From: Catajapyx aquilonaris
Taxonomy: Eukaryota
Length of the DNA stretch: 39,194 nucleotides
Reading direction: 5' to 3'
NCBI GenBank assembly: GCA_000934665.2
Contig: JYFJ02003649.1
Location: 1 to 39,194 of the forward strand
Under the pieces are notes generated by a model. The model was not told the origin of the DNA. It ran no database searches and was given only the letters and a program-made list of their open reading frames with translations. How positions within the stretch are numbered: the first letter of the stretch is position 1; each line of letters begins with the position of its first letter. Shown here piece after piece: positions 10,639-23,886 of the stretch. Position numbers and translations under genes: made by a program.

Positions 10639-12443
10639 ATGGATCATACATATTTTATTCCTTGCCCTTGATTCCTCTGTCTGGTAGAGTGGTAGGACAC
10701 ATCGGAAGAGAACTAGTACCACTCTCTACCATCCTGTAGCACCCGTAGAGCCTGCCAATGCAAGAATTGGTGGTGGTATTGACCTTGCCTTGCACCAAAG
10801 GGCTTAGAAAGTTGAATATGGCAGTTGTGGTACTGGTACTTCCGTAGGGAATGGGTCTGGGATAGTGGGCTGGGCCCAAATGTTATCATGCCATGTGTTG
10901 TAAAAAGGGCCCAAGTCTGCCTGTGGGGAAGGTTGTGGCCTCTCGAATCCCGAAGCCCAGTTGTCATTTGGCAGCCAGGGCATTACGGGTTTGAGAAAAC
11001 CCGTAAGTCTGGATTTGCCAGACCTTTAGGGTGGGAGGGTTGGCCGCTCGACTTGGGATTTAGACATGAGGGAGAAAGGTTTGCATGTGGACACTCACCT
11101 CAAATTGTTCCTACTGGGTGGGACATGCGTGGCCCACCGATTTGCTGCACCTTTCGAGTATGCTAAGCTGCTACTTTTTTGTGTATGCTTACGGGCTAAT
11201 TGGATTGATTTCTTTTAGAGCAGCTACTTCCTAGTCATTGCACTAGTCAAGTAGCCAATTACTTTCACACTTCTGCATAGTGGACTCAACGCTGACGTGG
11301 TAATTGAGAGCTCATTGCCAGCTCTTCATTGAAATATTCCCAGGCTGATAACTTGCTCTAACCGAGCTGACCAAAATGCACCTGCACGAAGAGTTCCTCC
11401 TAGTGGTCACATCCTTCACCGTTGAAGTTGATGGACAGTGAGATGTTTTAATTGATGCGAATCAATCTGTCAAAATACGCGGGTGTTCCATCCACTCAGG
11501 TTGGTGGCGGCCATGCATTATACTTTTTTTATTCCAATACTCTCCGCAATTTTTACCAGAGTGTCTACTTCAACTGGCATGCCCATAAGAAAGCGTAGTT
11601 GGTTGCTGCATACGGTCATAAAAATACGCAACATTACCAAACGCATCCTGAAACCCATGGAAACGATTAATAATCCTCCTCGTTAAAACCGAGAGAGAAA
11701 ACTCAGGCATAAAAACGGGCAGCCTGTCACGTATTAGTCGAAGCGAAGAAGCAGCAACATTAGAGTGTTTCTTGAGTGTTGGGAATGAGAAATGCAGGCG
11801 ATGATAACAAAGGAAGACAGGTTTGCTTTGATAAATTCTTCCCAGTCATGCGATTGGTTCTGCTGGACACGTGAGGAAGCTCATTCATTCCCTAGTGTTT
11901 TTTTTCTCCCTCTTCTCTCTCCTGCTAAGCTCACTTGTTATGGGTTAAGTGTTTATCTCAAGTCGTGGGATTGCTTGAGTAGGTTTTAATGTCTCGTGAA
12001 GAAATGGGTATGAAAAAATGGCCTCACTTGTGCATGTTCAGCCAACCATGCATGCTTGCTGCCTTTTTTTCCTCCTCTGTAGTCTGCACCTCTCATCAAT
12101 TGGGAGGGTTCATTTCCCTATATTTTCACCACAAATTGGCGAATCAAATGGTCAGAAAAGCAGCGGATGGATGACACAGAATGATTTCATCGCCTGATAG
12201 AATTTTTCGTTATGACCACCCAGTTTTGCGGGTATCCCACATCCTCACAGTACTGTAACCATTCGAGTAATTGTATTTTTTTTTGCATACATTCGCTAGA
12301 GCACAATATATCTTACCTCATGAGTCATGACATTCTTCATCATTCATTCTTTATATGAAACTGTCATCATTCTCCAGTAGTCTAGTGTGACTGATAGGAA
12401 ACGAGGTGTGATTAATCCATTGACTCATAATCTTCATCAACAT

Positions 12444-12525
12444 TTTATTCTCAGTACAGTTTATTAATACATGTCGCCTATTTATAAGAGGCTATTACCC
12501 ATGGATGAACCTATTCATATTTATT
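12444..12525 (-). terminator. Cluster of three AATAAA hexamers 3' of mir-2788 (candidate pri-miRNA 3' end)
   Basis: TTTATT on the + strand at 12444, 12460 and 12520, ~290-370 nt downstream of the mir-2788 3p arm. The context is AT-rich, so chance is possible. Confidence 0.3.
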
Positions 12526-12800
12526 AACAATGCTAGTCATTAAAATTTTGAATTTAGGCATAAGCCTACAATAGAGCAGACTTTGGTAGAGAAACGCTGT
12601 GACAGCCATTCCTCACTCTGCGCACACTGGAATCAAATCTGAAAAGGAAATGCAAGTTGTACAAATATAATGTGCACAAAAAAGGTAATGGCACTCTTAA
12701 GAAAGTTGCTTGATACAAAAGGTCATTCATTGCATATGCATGACCTACTCGTACGTTCCCACGTCGCCTGCTGCGTCCAGGGTGTCCATCGAATGACTTA

Positions 12801-12894
12801 TGTTGCGCACTTTTGGGATTTCCAAGGGCATTGCATTTTGTGGTAGTTTAATCAATGACAAATGCCGCTAAGAAACCCCAAGTTTGCCTCAACG
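12801..12894 (-). ncRNA. mir-2788: microRNA precursor mir-2788 (MIR-193 family paralogue)
   Basis: The minus-strand 3p arm CAATGCCCTTGGAAATCCCAAA (12833-12812) matches arthropod miR-2788-3p as I recall it. The 5p arm TGGGGTTTCTTAGCGGCATTTG (12880-12859) pairs with it, and a basal stem is present. Confidence 0.93.
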
Positions 12895-14101
12895 TCTCAT
12901 TAGAATCCTGATTTGCACATCCGAGGTTCTCACTGGGAATGACCTGCAGACGGATGCCAAACTTCCTCTGACATTTCCTGAGAGTGTGAGTACGCTACAT
13001 GCCTCTGGCCATCATCCGTCACTTAGGGTAATGTATCTGATAGAATCGCGCTTGACCGGACTGGAGAAAGACACGCGAATTGTATTCCATCCGTGTGTAT
13101 ATTGAACAGACAGTGAGATTTTCTTTGAGAAGAACATTATCACTGATCTGGTAGATGGGTAAGGTCACTCACATGCCTGCCTCTCTATGGCCATATCCGC
13201 TCCCTGGGGGGGTGTTCAAATGAGAATCTGCTTGAAGGGCCTACTACGCTCAATTATACACTATGCCTACCTGCGTAGAAGGCATTTTACAGCTTGGCGC
13301 AGGTGCAGTTCGGGAGGAGTAGTCACCTTAATTGCTGATATATAAAGTGGGAGGCAATTACGACAACTTCTAACACCCTTTTTTGGACTAATTATTGTTC
13401 CGGGCTCACCAACTAATTGGATTTTCTTAGGCCCAGGAAGCTGTATTTTTCGATGTCATTATGCATATCTCCGCCACTGGCCTGCATCTCACTCATAATC
13501 CATTATCGTCAGTGTCCGTTCAACAAGAGTAGGTCTTCTCCCAGAAAAGTGCGTACGCGGGGTTCATATACATATCCACCAAATTGGATACCATATGACA
13601 ACCCACCCCGACATAATGAATGTCCCTTTTAGTCTGGCAGTAAGAAGCCTTATATGCTCCTCAGTCCATGTGGTCCCGCAGTGCATTATGTTGCAAGTCC
13701 GAATAGGCTATTGACTCATAAAATGCAGTGGATGAGGCACGAGCATTGTCTTTAAGAGAACGTAACTTGCTGGCATTGCTCATATAAGTCCGGCGCAGGA
13801 CATTGACTGGCTCATTAAGAGTGTGTTGAGTGACGTCGGTGCTTTTTGAAGCATTGTGTGCGCGTGTGCAGCACGTGCTATCCCCCTCCTTGTTTATTTG
13901 CCCTTATTTCCGGTGCTTTACGGTTTCCTCTTACTTCAATTACCCTATCTGCGGGATGCCTACTTCATTTCCGAGTTAGTAATGAGACTTCGTCTTCTCT
14001 CCACCGAATGAGAGAGATATATGAAACACCCCACGTATCAACAAACATTCCGGCCGTAACCATGAGGTTAAAAGGCCGTGTCTTCCAGACGTAGGTAGAA
14101 G

Positions 14102-14199
14102 ATCAGCCAACGACCCTTGGGACTTAGCAGGCCAGTAGAGCATTATTTCCCGCCAGGTGGAACCACTGAACCACTAAGGCCCAAGTCTCGCTTGGTGAT
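14102..14199 (-). ncRNA. mir-193: microRNA precursor mir-193
   Basis: The minus-strand 3p arm TACTGGCCTGCTAAGTCCCAAG (14137-14116) matches insect miR-193-3p (seed ACUGGCC). The 5p arm TTGGGCCTTAGTGGTTCAGTGG (14184-14163) pairs with it. Basal stem ATCA-CCAAGCGA / TCG-TTGG-CTGAT. Confidence 0.95.
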
Positions 14200-17100
14200 T
14201 GGTCTCTCTGGATGGCTGGCTCGATGGACGGCGGTGCTGACATCTTCTGGCCTGTGGATGATTATTAGGGAGGAGGAGCTGCAAACCATTGTTAGCAGCA
14301 GCAGGTGGAACCATTGAATCACAAAAGGGGCATAATCTAGAATTGGTTTTGCCCTATAGGGGAGTTTGGGCGACACCTAACATCGGCGTGACACTGTCTA
14401 CCTCGCTTCCTTCAGACCAACTTCTGATAATATCGGGCTGAGAACTTATCTCACTTGAACCGTGTTGGGTTGGAGGATTGGTTTCTTTGACTGGCTGACA
14501 TCTTCCGGCATCGAGATTGGGAGGAGGATTCAGGTGGGATGGGACAAAGAGAAAAGAGCAAGGCAGTTAGCACCTGGTTCATTGCTGTGCCGAGGCTTTT
14601 ATGTCGCAAGTAACACCAGTATTGCGATTAAGATGCACTTTTATGTCTCGCGGAAACCGGTCGGCCCAGTCGACAATTTTTATTCTGCTTGTTTTTTTTT
14701 CTAAAAAAACATTTTGAGTGGATTTTTAAAAGCCGATTTATTGCGCCGATGGCCGCGACATGCGACCGTCGCCAGGAATGAAGTCACTATGTGGTTTTTC
14801 AAAGTCAGTCTTTAACCTTGTGGAACTGTCGAAATCATGACTGCATTCTTAAGCTACTTCAACATCCCTGCTTTACTTACTCCACCATTAAGTTATAAAT
14901 CATCGCCATTTTATGCCCCATTATCGCATGTCTACCAGAATATTATAGCTCTACATTTTAAAATTTACTAGCCAGAAATTTGTTTTGAATCTAACAAGAT
15001 ATCGGTACCTAACACAGTGTTTTCTCACTCATACCGCCTGTACCGTACGGTTAATTGAATGAATATTGCGGTAGGTTACATGGTATTTAGCCGGAGATTC
15101 CACAGCTGTTGCTTGTATCAACCTGTGTAAAAATCTTGAGTGGGTAATAATGGCTTGGAATGCAAATTGCAGCGCTCTTCTCCCTGAGGACTTAGGAGGC
15201 ACTTGAACCGGGCGAAAAGTGGCGGCCTCTCCAAAACGCAGATTAATTAGTCACGAGAGGTAATTAATGGCAGCCAAGTCTGGTTGTAAAAGGACGGAAT
15301 ACAAGTGCGCGCAGTGGGAAGGTTCCGGTTGGATGTGCGCACACCAAAACCATCAAAGATAAGGGAGGGATGGTACCAAAAAAAAAAAAAAAAGTGGTGG
15401 AAGAATAAGAAGAGAAACTGCGCTTTTCCTATGTTATTCTGCGCATCTGGATAGCAGTGAAAAAGCATTTTTACAAATCCATGAAGATTTTCGTGAGACC
15501 GGAAAGAAGTGGTTTTATGGCTTTATACTACCCCCTGCTTGTGCCTCTTCCATGGAGGTCACGGTTTCTCCTTTTCAGCAACCTAAAAAGCCTCGACCAC
15601 CACCAGCGACATTTTGTTGCGATATTCCACTTTACGACTTAAATGCAGGTTTACTGGATTGACACACCTGATTACTGTGTCGCCATTACATCTAAAGTAT
15701 GACATGCGGATGCGTGAGTGTCGCTGTCTTAACTGGCAATCTGTCATGTCAGGGAAGAGAAACTGCAGCATTCAAACATAATTATGATGGGGGAAAGATC
15801 AAAACTAGGCTAACTAATGAGTTAGACATTTTAAAGAATCGTGTGTTGCTGTAATTTATGACATATAAAACGTGGACATTGTATTGTTTTGCTATTAGCA
15901 TAGTGCATGAGTTTCGAATGGCCTAAATCATGTACCAAATCTACATGCACAGTATCTTTTTCAATCTGGTAGGCTATTACAATGCTTATCAGACTCTCAC
16001 TCATATGGTAATCTCACATTTAAAAAATTACCTGTGTAATATTTAACACCGTCATTCCTTGAACTGACACCTAATATGACAATAAGTCATGGATACTTTC
16101 CAGTATTAAGCCTGCACAATTTTCCCAAGAAACTTGATGCGTGATTGCAGTTCATAAATTTTACAGAGGCGCGAATAAGGTGCAGTACCGGTACTATGTG
16201 CATGTACCACTAGATCACAATCTGTTACACCTGTAAGGATGGAATTCACGAATATCTGTCATCCTGAGAAACTCGTTTCACTTCTCAGCTGGCATTCTCA
16301 GTTTTCCTGTGGTCCATGCAATAGTACTTGTATAAGTTATACTAAATTCTGGTATTACTGATACCACCTCCTACGTAGTCGGCATTAAAGTATAAGTGAT
16401 GGGTACACATACACACTGCGGGGGCAGTTGATGCACCAGACGCTATGTTACATGTGGCCATTATGTATAGCTTGCATAAATTTGACACTCCCATTAATTT
16501 TGGCCAGATGAATGGCTAAAGCTCTCCGGAAAAACCTTGACATTATGTGGCTACACACACTGCACTCTGCGTTATATGCATCCAACACCAGTGACTATTG
16601 AAAGCACTTTTGAGTGACATTATGTGTTATTTTTCTGGCAGCACACACCCATCTCTGCTTGCATGCTTGCATCTTGCATCTAACTAGAGCGGTGGCAGAA
16701 AATTGCAGCCGGAAGTTGGTGAGAGATACCACCAGTCACGATAATAACAGGATTAAGATTTGACGCCACCTCTTCTGCATATGCTAATGTTACTGCTAGT
16801 GTTTATTAATAAGGGTGTGTTTAGCTCTGCTCTGAAATGCTATGCAATTATTTGCCATAATAATGTGATGATAACAGTCGCGACAGGTATAACCATGCAA
16901 GAGTTTTTGATTGGCCGTGAAGCGGTCTTATCTTTGACGATCCTGCATATGTAATTGTGATGCAATGAAAATTTCTATCCAAATGAGGATTCCTACCGTC
17001 AAAGACAATTAACCCGTCATTTTGCTCTCCTTGAGATCTTGAAACTTTCATATAAGATGATACCACTTCATGGCTATATTAATTTTCACATGAAATGCCT

Positions 17101-20100
17101 CAACTCTCAAGGAGACTGACTGGCGTTGATTGGGCACGTTATGGCGATAAACCCACATATACTCTGCCATGCCAGACAGCTACATATTAATAACCAACCT
17201 ATAAATTGTACGGATGGTTTATTTTATGGACGCAAACTAATTAGACACCAAGTCAGTAAATGTCAAAATGCGTTCAACCCGCACTATATATATGCACGTG
17301 TGTTTTTACACCACACTTGGCATTGATAAGCATCCCGATCTTGCCGTCATGCCATCGTCTGTCAGGTACGACAAGGGTCTGCTTGCTGCATTAGAAATGA
17401 ACAGAATACAACGCATGTTAAGGGATCGGAGTAGACATAAGTCACCTTGGGCGTGGCAGGTCTAATCCCGAAAAAGGAACGGCATGATCTCAAAATAAGA
17501 CCCGGGCAAGTGTAAATAATAATTATAATAATGAATGAGAAGTGCTGAGGATGAGACATCGTTACACGGTTTCCGTCTGTCAGACGACGGAAATTACAAC
17601 CGTAAACAATGGTTGCGTGTGTCTGGAAGGGTTGGGAAGTCTGGGCGCTTCTTTCGAGTCGGTTCAAGACTCGAATGAATTCATTTTATTTTTTAAATTT
17701 TTTATCCTCCAACTTGGTACTCTTTTTTTTTCGTAGGGAGGAGGGTGAGGGATGGTAACCGGTTGGTTGGTTGGCGGGGCGGTCATTGTCTGCCCAGGAC
17801 GAGTGAGTGTCCTTCTCAGAGGTGGTAGGTAGGTAGGTCGAACCTTTTTCAGGTTCATCCAATTTGGACGTACAGGGCCAAAGGCTAACTGAATCTTTAA
17901 AGGGGCACGGCCTGTTTAATGGGACAGAGACCGTAACGGGACGGTTATTCTTCGGAGGTTGAGAGTGTGTGGTCGATGGTCCTCCCCAGTATAATTTGTA
18001 AAGACTCTTAGTTCTGGCCTGCCTGAAAGAATGTATGAATGAACGAACAAAGTAAAAGACACAGAAATAAATAATAAAATAAATGAGGGTGTAGGCGCTA
18101 ATCCTGACAATCCGGATATGCAAAAAAAATGCCTGTAATATTAGTCCATAAAATATGACTGATTGTTTGCTAATGATATATTTTCTCGACTTGATAAACA
18201 ATCTTTTTTCAATAGGACTACCTCCTTTATTTACACAAATTAGCCGTATAGTCCTATATAATTTCACGCTGTATCTCATCATTACCATTAATAAGATGGC
18301 ATCTGTCCAAACATAATTTCTTAGTAAGAAGTTGGATTTGTTGCTGTCCACTTGATAGCAGAAGCACAAACCGGCCGTTAATTAAGAAAAAAGTCGCAGA
18401 TTATGAGCGGTGTGGTGGGTGGGAAGGGTGTTTCCCCATTTACATATCGACCTGAATCTAAAGAGCTCTAATTGGCCGAGAAGACCGGGTATCTCAATCA
18501 ACAATGAGGAGGATCCCCAATGCAAATGAGCACAGATCATTGTATATCAAAAGCCTTCCTTTTTTTCATTCTTGCAGCCTGTGGTGCATGGATGGCGCGA
18601 ATAAATAATCTTGACACACAAGCTTTAGGACCTATTAACTCCACCCAAGCGTGTATTAGTGACGGTTTAATCGGACGCCCCCGGTTCATGCTGATTTTAA
18701 TGCAACACCCTAATGTCTCTATGTATTTAATGCAGGCGTTGATAGGAACCCATTGCTTTAGTAGGGTGATATGGAATGTGCCCATATACACCTGGCCTCC
18801 AGGTAAGATCTGCGATGATGGCCACATCCGCGTACTGTACAGCACAGCTCGACTTCGAGTAGACTGCAGGTCAATGTCCTAACAAGAATTCCGCTTTTAT
18901 CAGCCTTTGGAAGGCCAGGAACAGACCAAGAAGTTTAGGGGGTGGGGATGAGGGGGAACAGAAAAAAAATGCGAACATCACGTTCTAAGCACCCCTTCCT
19001 CTACCCTCTGTCTGTCCAATGGCGATAGAAAAAAATTTGCTATAGTCGTGACTTCATTTTAATTGCTAAGCGAAATGCGATTAATCATTGGCAAGATGGA
19101 TATTGACATATGAGGAATTAGTTGGCGACCTGGGGAGAGATATTCAGGGGTAAGTGTCACACCGCCTAAATAGGTTGTCAGTCGTATGAATGAACCGCTC
19201 GAATCACGTGAGCTTCATTCTCACCTTGCCATACCTGAGCAGAACAACACTGCTAGTTATGTATGACAGTGAAAATGATCTTGATTAATGGATTCTTTGA
19301 ACTGTGCCGGGATCCAACCGTTTTGGTTATTTAATTATTTTTGCACATTTTATGGCCGGATCTTGGGACTAAGAACTTTATGATGTGTAACTGTCCTTTT
19401 GCGCTTTAGTGGGTTCAAATATTTGTAAAAACAGGGTTTGAGCCGTGGTGATACTAAAGAATCGTACATGTGAGGCAAGTGAACTCGTGATAGGGCGATT
19501 AGTTTTATTGAAGTATATACTCTTGTTCCGCGCCTTCTGGTTATAGCTGGGTCGATCTAGTCCGTGTAATTAGAGCCCCTAGGGCCTTAAAACTGCCTTC
19601 CAATAGGTTTTTATCGACCAAGTGCAATTCAACAGTGAATCAAATTTGTGGACAATTTCCGTTTAGATTAAGATGTGACAAAATGTAGTTACCAGTTGGC
19701 TACCGAACCATCTCCAGATGGCAGAATGGTAAAAAAAAACATTCCCTCGAAGCCAAAAGAATAATCGCAAGCAACCGGTTTAAGCGTCTTGTTATTCCCT
19801 TCGCAATATGGTCAGCCCAGGACAAGAGGTCAGGCACGTCGTTTCTTTTTAAGCGGGCGTTGTATACAAAACATCCTTCCAGTTTGTTTATTAATTCCTC
19901 CTCTTTCGTACCGACATGCTTCAGCATCATTTACTCGGTTGTTCAGAGAAGAGAACTCTGCGTTTAAGTGAATTTTTTCAGCTCAGCGTTGTCCATTAAA
20001 ATCACTTTTTTTGCCTACATATGGAGAAGAAAAGAAGAAAAACAACATGCCAGCAACTCTGGTGTGTGATCACTGGAGGTTAGCACGTGATGTCTCGTAA

Positions 20101-22653
20101 ATACTAACCCTGAAGCATGTACAGTACGTTCGCTGTCAACTCGAGCGACTGATAGGCCGTACACAGTATAAATCAAAAAAAGTTGGTCTCCGGTACAGAA
20201 GTTCTGACGGTCAGTACGTCCGTACATAAATCAATTACATCATGAAATACCGTCCAACCGAGACAGAAGTCGCGGGCAGTAAATCAAGAGTAACATGCTG
20301 AAGCAAAATGAGACCACCTTGATCGATGGCCAAGGTATGTTATATAGGGGGTTGATATTGCAAAGTGGGGGTGAATAATTGGACGGACCACACCGGGGGC
20401 TGTTGGGGCACGAGTGACAGAACCTAGCAATCGGAACCAGTAGGGGTCCAGACCCCCTTCCGGACAAAGCCCCTACACTCAAACAATCCGGACCCGTTTT
20501 TGGGCGTGGTCGAATCTCTGGGCTTCCTTCCAGATCAATCAGGCCGCTTCGATCAATCTCCTACGCCCCAAAAAATCATTCAATTCTGCCACAATATATT
20601 ATGTAAGGATATATTTTTTTGATTTTACTGTACCCATCATTATGACGGGAAAATATGGCAATGTAAATAATAATTTTGTGGCCTGATAATAATTGTGGGC
20701 CTTGCTATGTGAAAGCCTGTCCCTTTAGCACCTTTCCAAACGTGACTCGTCACATTGTCACCCCAAGGACTATATTTGTGGATGGTACCCGCATGGTATG
20801 AAAGGAATGGCGAGTCGGAGTGAACACCAGGACATAAATCTAGACGAGTAGCTGACAAGAGGAAGCAAGCGTGCAATTACTCCTCGAATGAAAGGGACGC
20901 AAAGTGGAGGTTAATGGAGACAACATGATTCGCGGGTGACAAATGAGAGCGTGGAAAAAACCTCAGGCTGTGTATTAATTTTTCAGGACTAGTCCACCGC
21001 GTAATAGAATCTGGTTGGAGATGATGACAAATTAGGGTCCTGAACAAATGATTCAAAAATTTCCCTGTCGAGGTCACCCGGACCCCTCCTGAGATGTGGC
21101 AACTAGGCTGAATAATAATTTTATCGTGGGTATATTATGAATGATTATGAAGCTGGTTGCAGAGTCTTATTATCACGCGGTTAATTACGGGGCGGCGGGA
21201 CTCATTACACTATTGCCGCCTCAAATTGGAGGGCATTAGAAGATGGCGAAAAGTTGCGAATTCCATGGAGCATTATTGGGGCCAAGTGGATTGGGATTTG
21301 GAAGAGGTCGTGCGGGGCTATAAAACCACAGTGGACTTGAGTCGAGTCTGATTTGCATACCGTGGTTTCGAGGGCTGTCCGACCTGCAGTCGTGCCTAGG
21401 CGGATTTCCTTCTTGCTACAGAAGCGCTTTAATTACCTCGTTTTACAACAAGCCATTGTTTTTTCCCACCCTTTTCTGCTTCATTTCGTCCAGGTACTTA
21501 GTTTTATTTAAATTTTTTTTACCTGAGGAAATGGGTCGCGGATTGGAGGTCACGATAATCGTCTCGGGAATGACGAAGCCCACCGGTACTAATGTACCAA
21601 ATAATTGTGTATTGAACAAGGCTGGCTTGGTTGGCTGCCTAACATTCAGGATGATGCTTGGGAAGCAGTGTCCCGTACTTGACCTCTGCTTGAACCCCGG
21701 AACGTTGCTCCCGGGAGATATGTGAAGCTGGAATGCCGGGATTGAAAGTATTAGGGGATCTAGTCCATCTACTGAACTCACCTGACCAAGTATCCAACTG
21801 GCGAGTTATTGCATCCTCATTCCATGTAGCTTACTGTAGGTGAACTCGACTGTCAGGACTTTGATGGAGGCTTCTGGACGATACAACCTGGAACGAACAG
21901 CAGTACTTATCAATTATTATGCATTGTGTAGCTTCTGTAGGAGAAGCAGTGGGCAATTTTACGCATTTTTGCTTATTATCTATTTGAACCAACATAATGT
22001 GAAATTGAACATTAGGAGTCATATGAACAACGGAGTATCCGTAGGGTAACTGCCATTATAACCGGCTATGTCTGACGTAAAGAGCAGGTTCCCTCTTGGA
22101 GAAATTACCTCTACTGTCCAGACTGGGGTCTAAAATAAGTGGTTAATTACATCTCATTGATAACATACACACGCGCTCGCGAACATGCACACGCACATAG
22201 AGGAGAGGAAACCTTAACCTCAGCCACCTCCTTGATCCTCGTGAAACATGCACGGCGATACCAGAAACACCATTGCCCATTAGCATTAACCGATGCTTCG
22301 ATACTTTCAATAAACACACAGAAACACAGGCTTGAGATTTTTCCGTGCCTAATCTATACCTATGTATTTCTAAAAGGCCTACTCTGACCCACTCTTCACT
22401 TGATCTCGCCTCTTTCACACTGTTATCAGCTTTAATGCTCATAATGTGGCCCAACAATTGTAACGTTTAGATGACGTTTCTTCATCAACATTGGAATATT
22501 TGGAAATGGCAAATGAGCAGAACAGTACTACCGTATTTTACATTTTCATACCTACCTAACTATACCTTCCTAGTTTCCTATACCCTATTTGTATTTCCGG
22601 GACGTTGAATGCCAGAGTTGTGAGGTTACTCCAAACTTCACACTGTATACTAA

Positions 22654-22779
22654 GGGCCGGTTTCACCGAGCTCAGTATATGATAAAACCAGGGTTCTTTC
22701 TCAAAATTCCTATCTATTTGTATGGATTTTCCTAAAGAAACCTGGTTTTAACATATACCAAGCTCGGTGAAACCGGCCC
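22654..22779. mobile_element. Tourist-like (PIF/Harbinger) MITE, 126 bp
   Basis: TAA|GGGCCGGTTTCACCGAGCT...AGCTCGGTGAAACCGGCCC|TAA: 19-bp perfect TIR extending imperfectly to ~45 bp, with a 3-bp TAA target duplication. Confidence 0.92.
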
Positions 22780-23886
22780 TAAGGCATAACCAGTATGATG
22801 GTACGGTTACAGTGTAGTGGAAGACGTAATTCTTCCACAGTATGGGCGGTCCTGAGCCAAGTAAGATGATGTATGTCCAATGTCCATGTATGCCAGCAAT
22901 TCACCCCCATTTTGCACATTCCTTACAAATTTCATGCCCATTTTTTCTGAAATTCTTTTGCTTCATTAATTACGAGCATGGGATGTGTGAGAGGAATGCT
23001 CCGTATGGACACGGACAGGGAAGGGAGGGAAGTAGGAAGGAAGAGGGATGTGATGGGGGTGTGGAGGTAGCGTGAGAATAAGGAGTGTCAATTACAGATC
23101 TCGGAAAAAGATTGCTCGGGTGTACCAGGCAGGGTATGACGCTCCCCTTGTTCATCTGGAGATTATTAGCTGACTGAGATATAGCTTGTAACTTTCATTC
23201 AACGCGTCATGTACAGTGTACACTGTTAGCCAGGTAATCTCTGGTTCACTTTTAAAACCTACATTTAGAAGTTGCATTACTTAATAGTGTAGTAATAATT
23301 GTGAATGAGCCTCAATGTGACAACAACAGCAATATATCGTTTACCCGTATTTTAACTCTTCCGTTTGGATAAAACTTTGGTTGACAACATTAGCCCGTAA
23401 CATTTTATCACTAGTAGATAAAGATTAGCACCAAAAGGTCATGTCGTGAAATAAAGGATTAAGCAAAATTATTGAATACAGTCGAAAGTAAATTCTTGCT
23501 GGAGTACAAAATTATCCTGTTTCATAAACATTACAAACTGAGCACAAGAACATTATTGTCGTTACTTAATGCTCTTGTATATTATCATTTTAAAAGAAAT
23601 AGAGAGATATTTTTTTTTCTACACCCTGTTTAAACATTCACCCTGTCATGTCACCCTGTCATAAAATGCATTCTTGCGTAGTGATGACGGCAAAGTGAAG
23701 AGAAGAAGTAATTAAGTACTGCCAAACACGCATTTCCACACTGTCGCCAACAACAGCAACAAAAAAGTATCCACGGTGCATGGGTTCGAGATGGAAATAA
23801 CGATACCTACTGACGTCATTCGGGAGAGCGCAAGTTCATTGGCATTAATTCTTAATGGCTTTGTGCCCCCCCCCCCCCTTCTTGGC

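Noticed and set aside
17686..18369. Longest ORF in the track (227 aa, minus strand) as a gene
   Set aside because: Non-ATG start, AT-rich low-complexity N-terminal half and no recognisable domain. Only the portion after the splice acceptor is kept, as a speculative exon.
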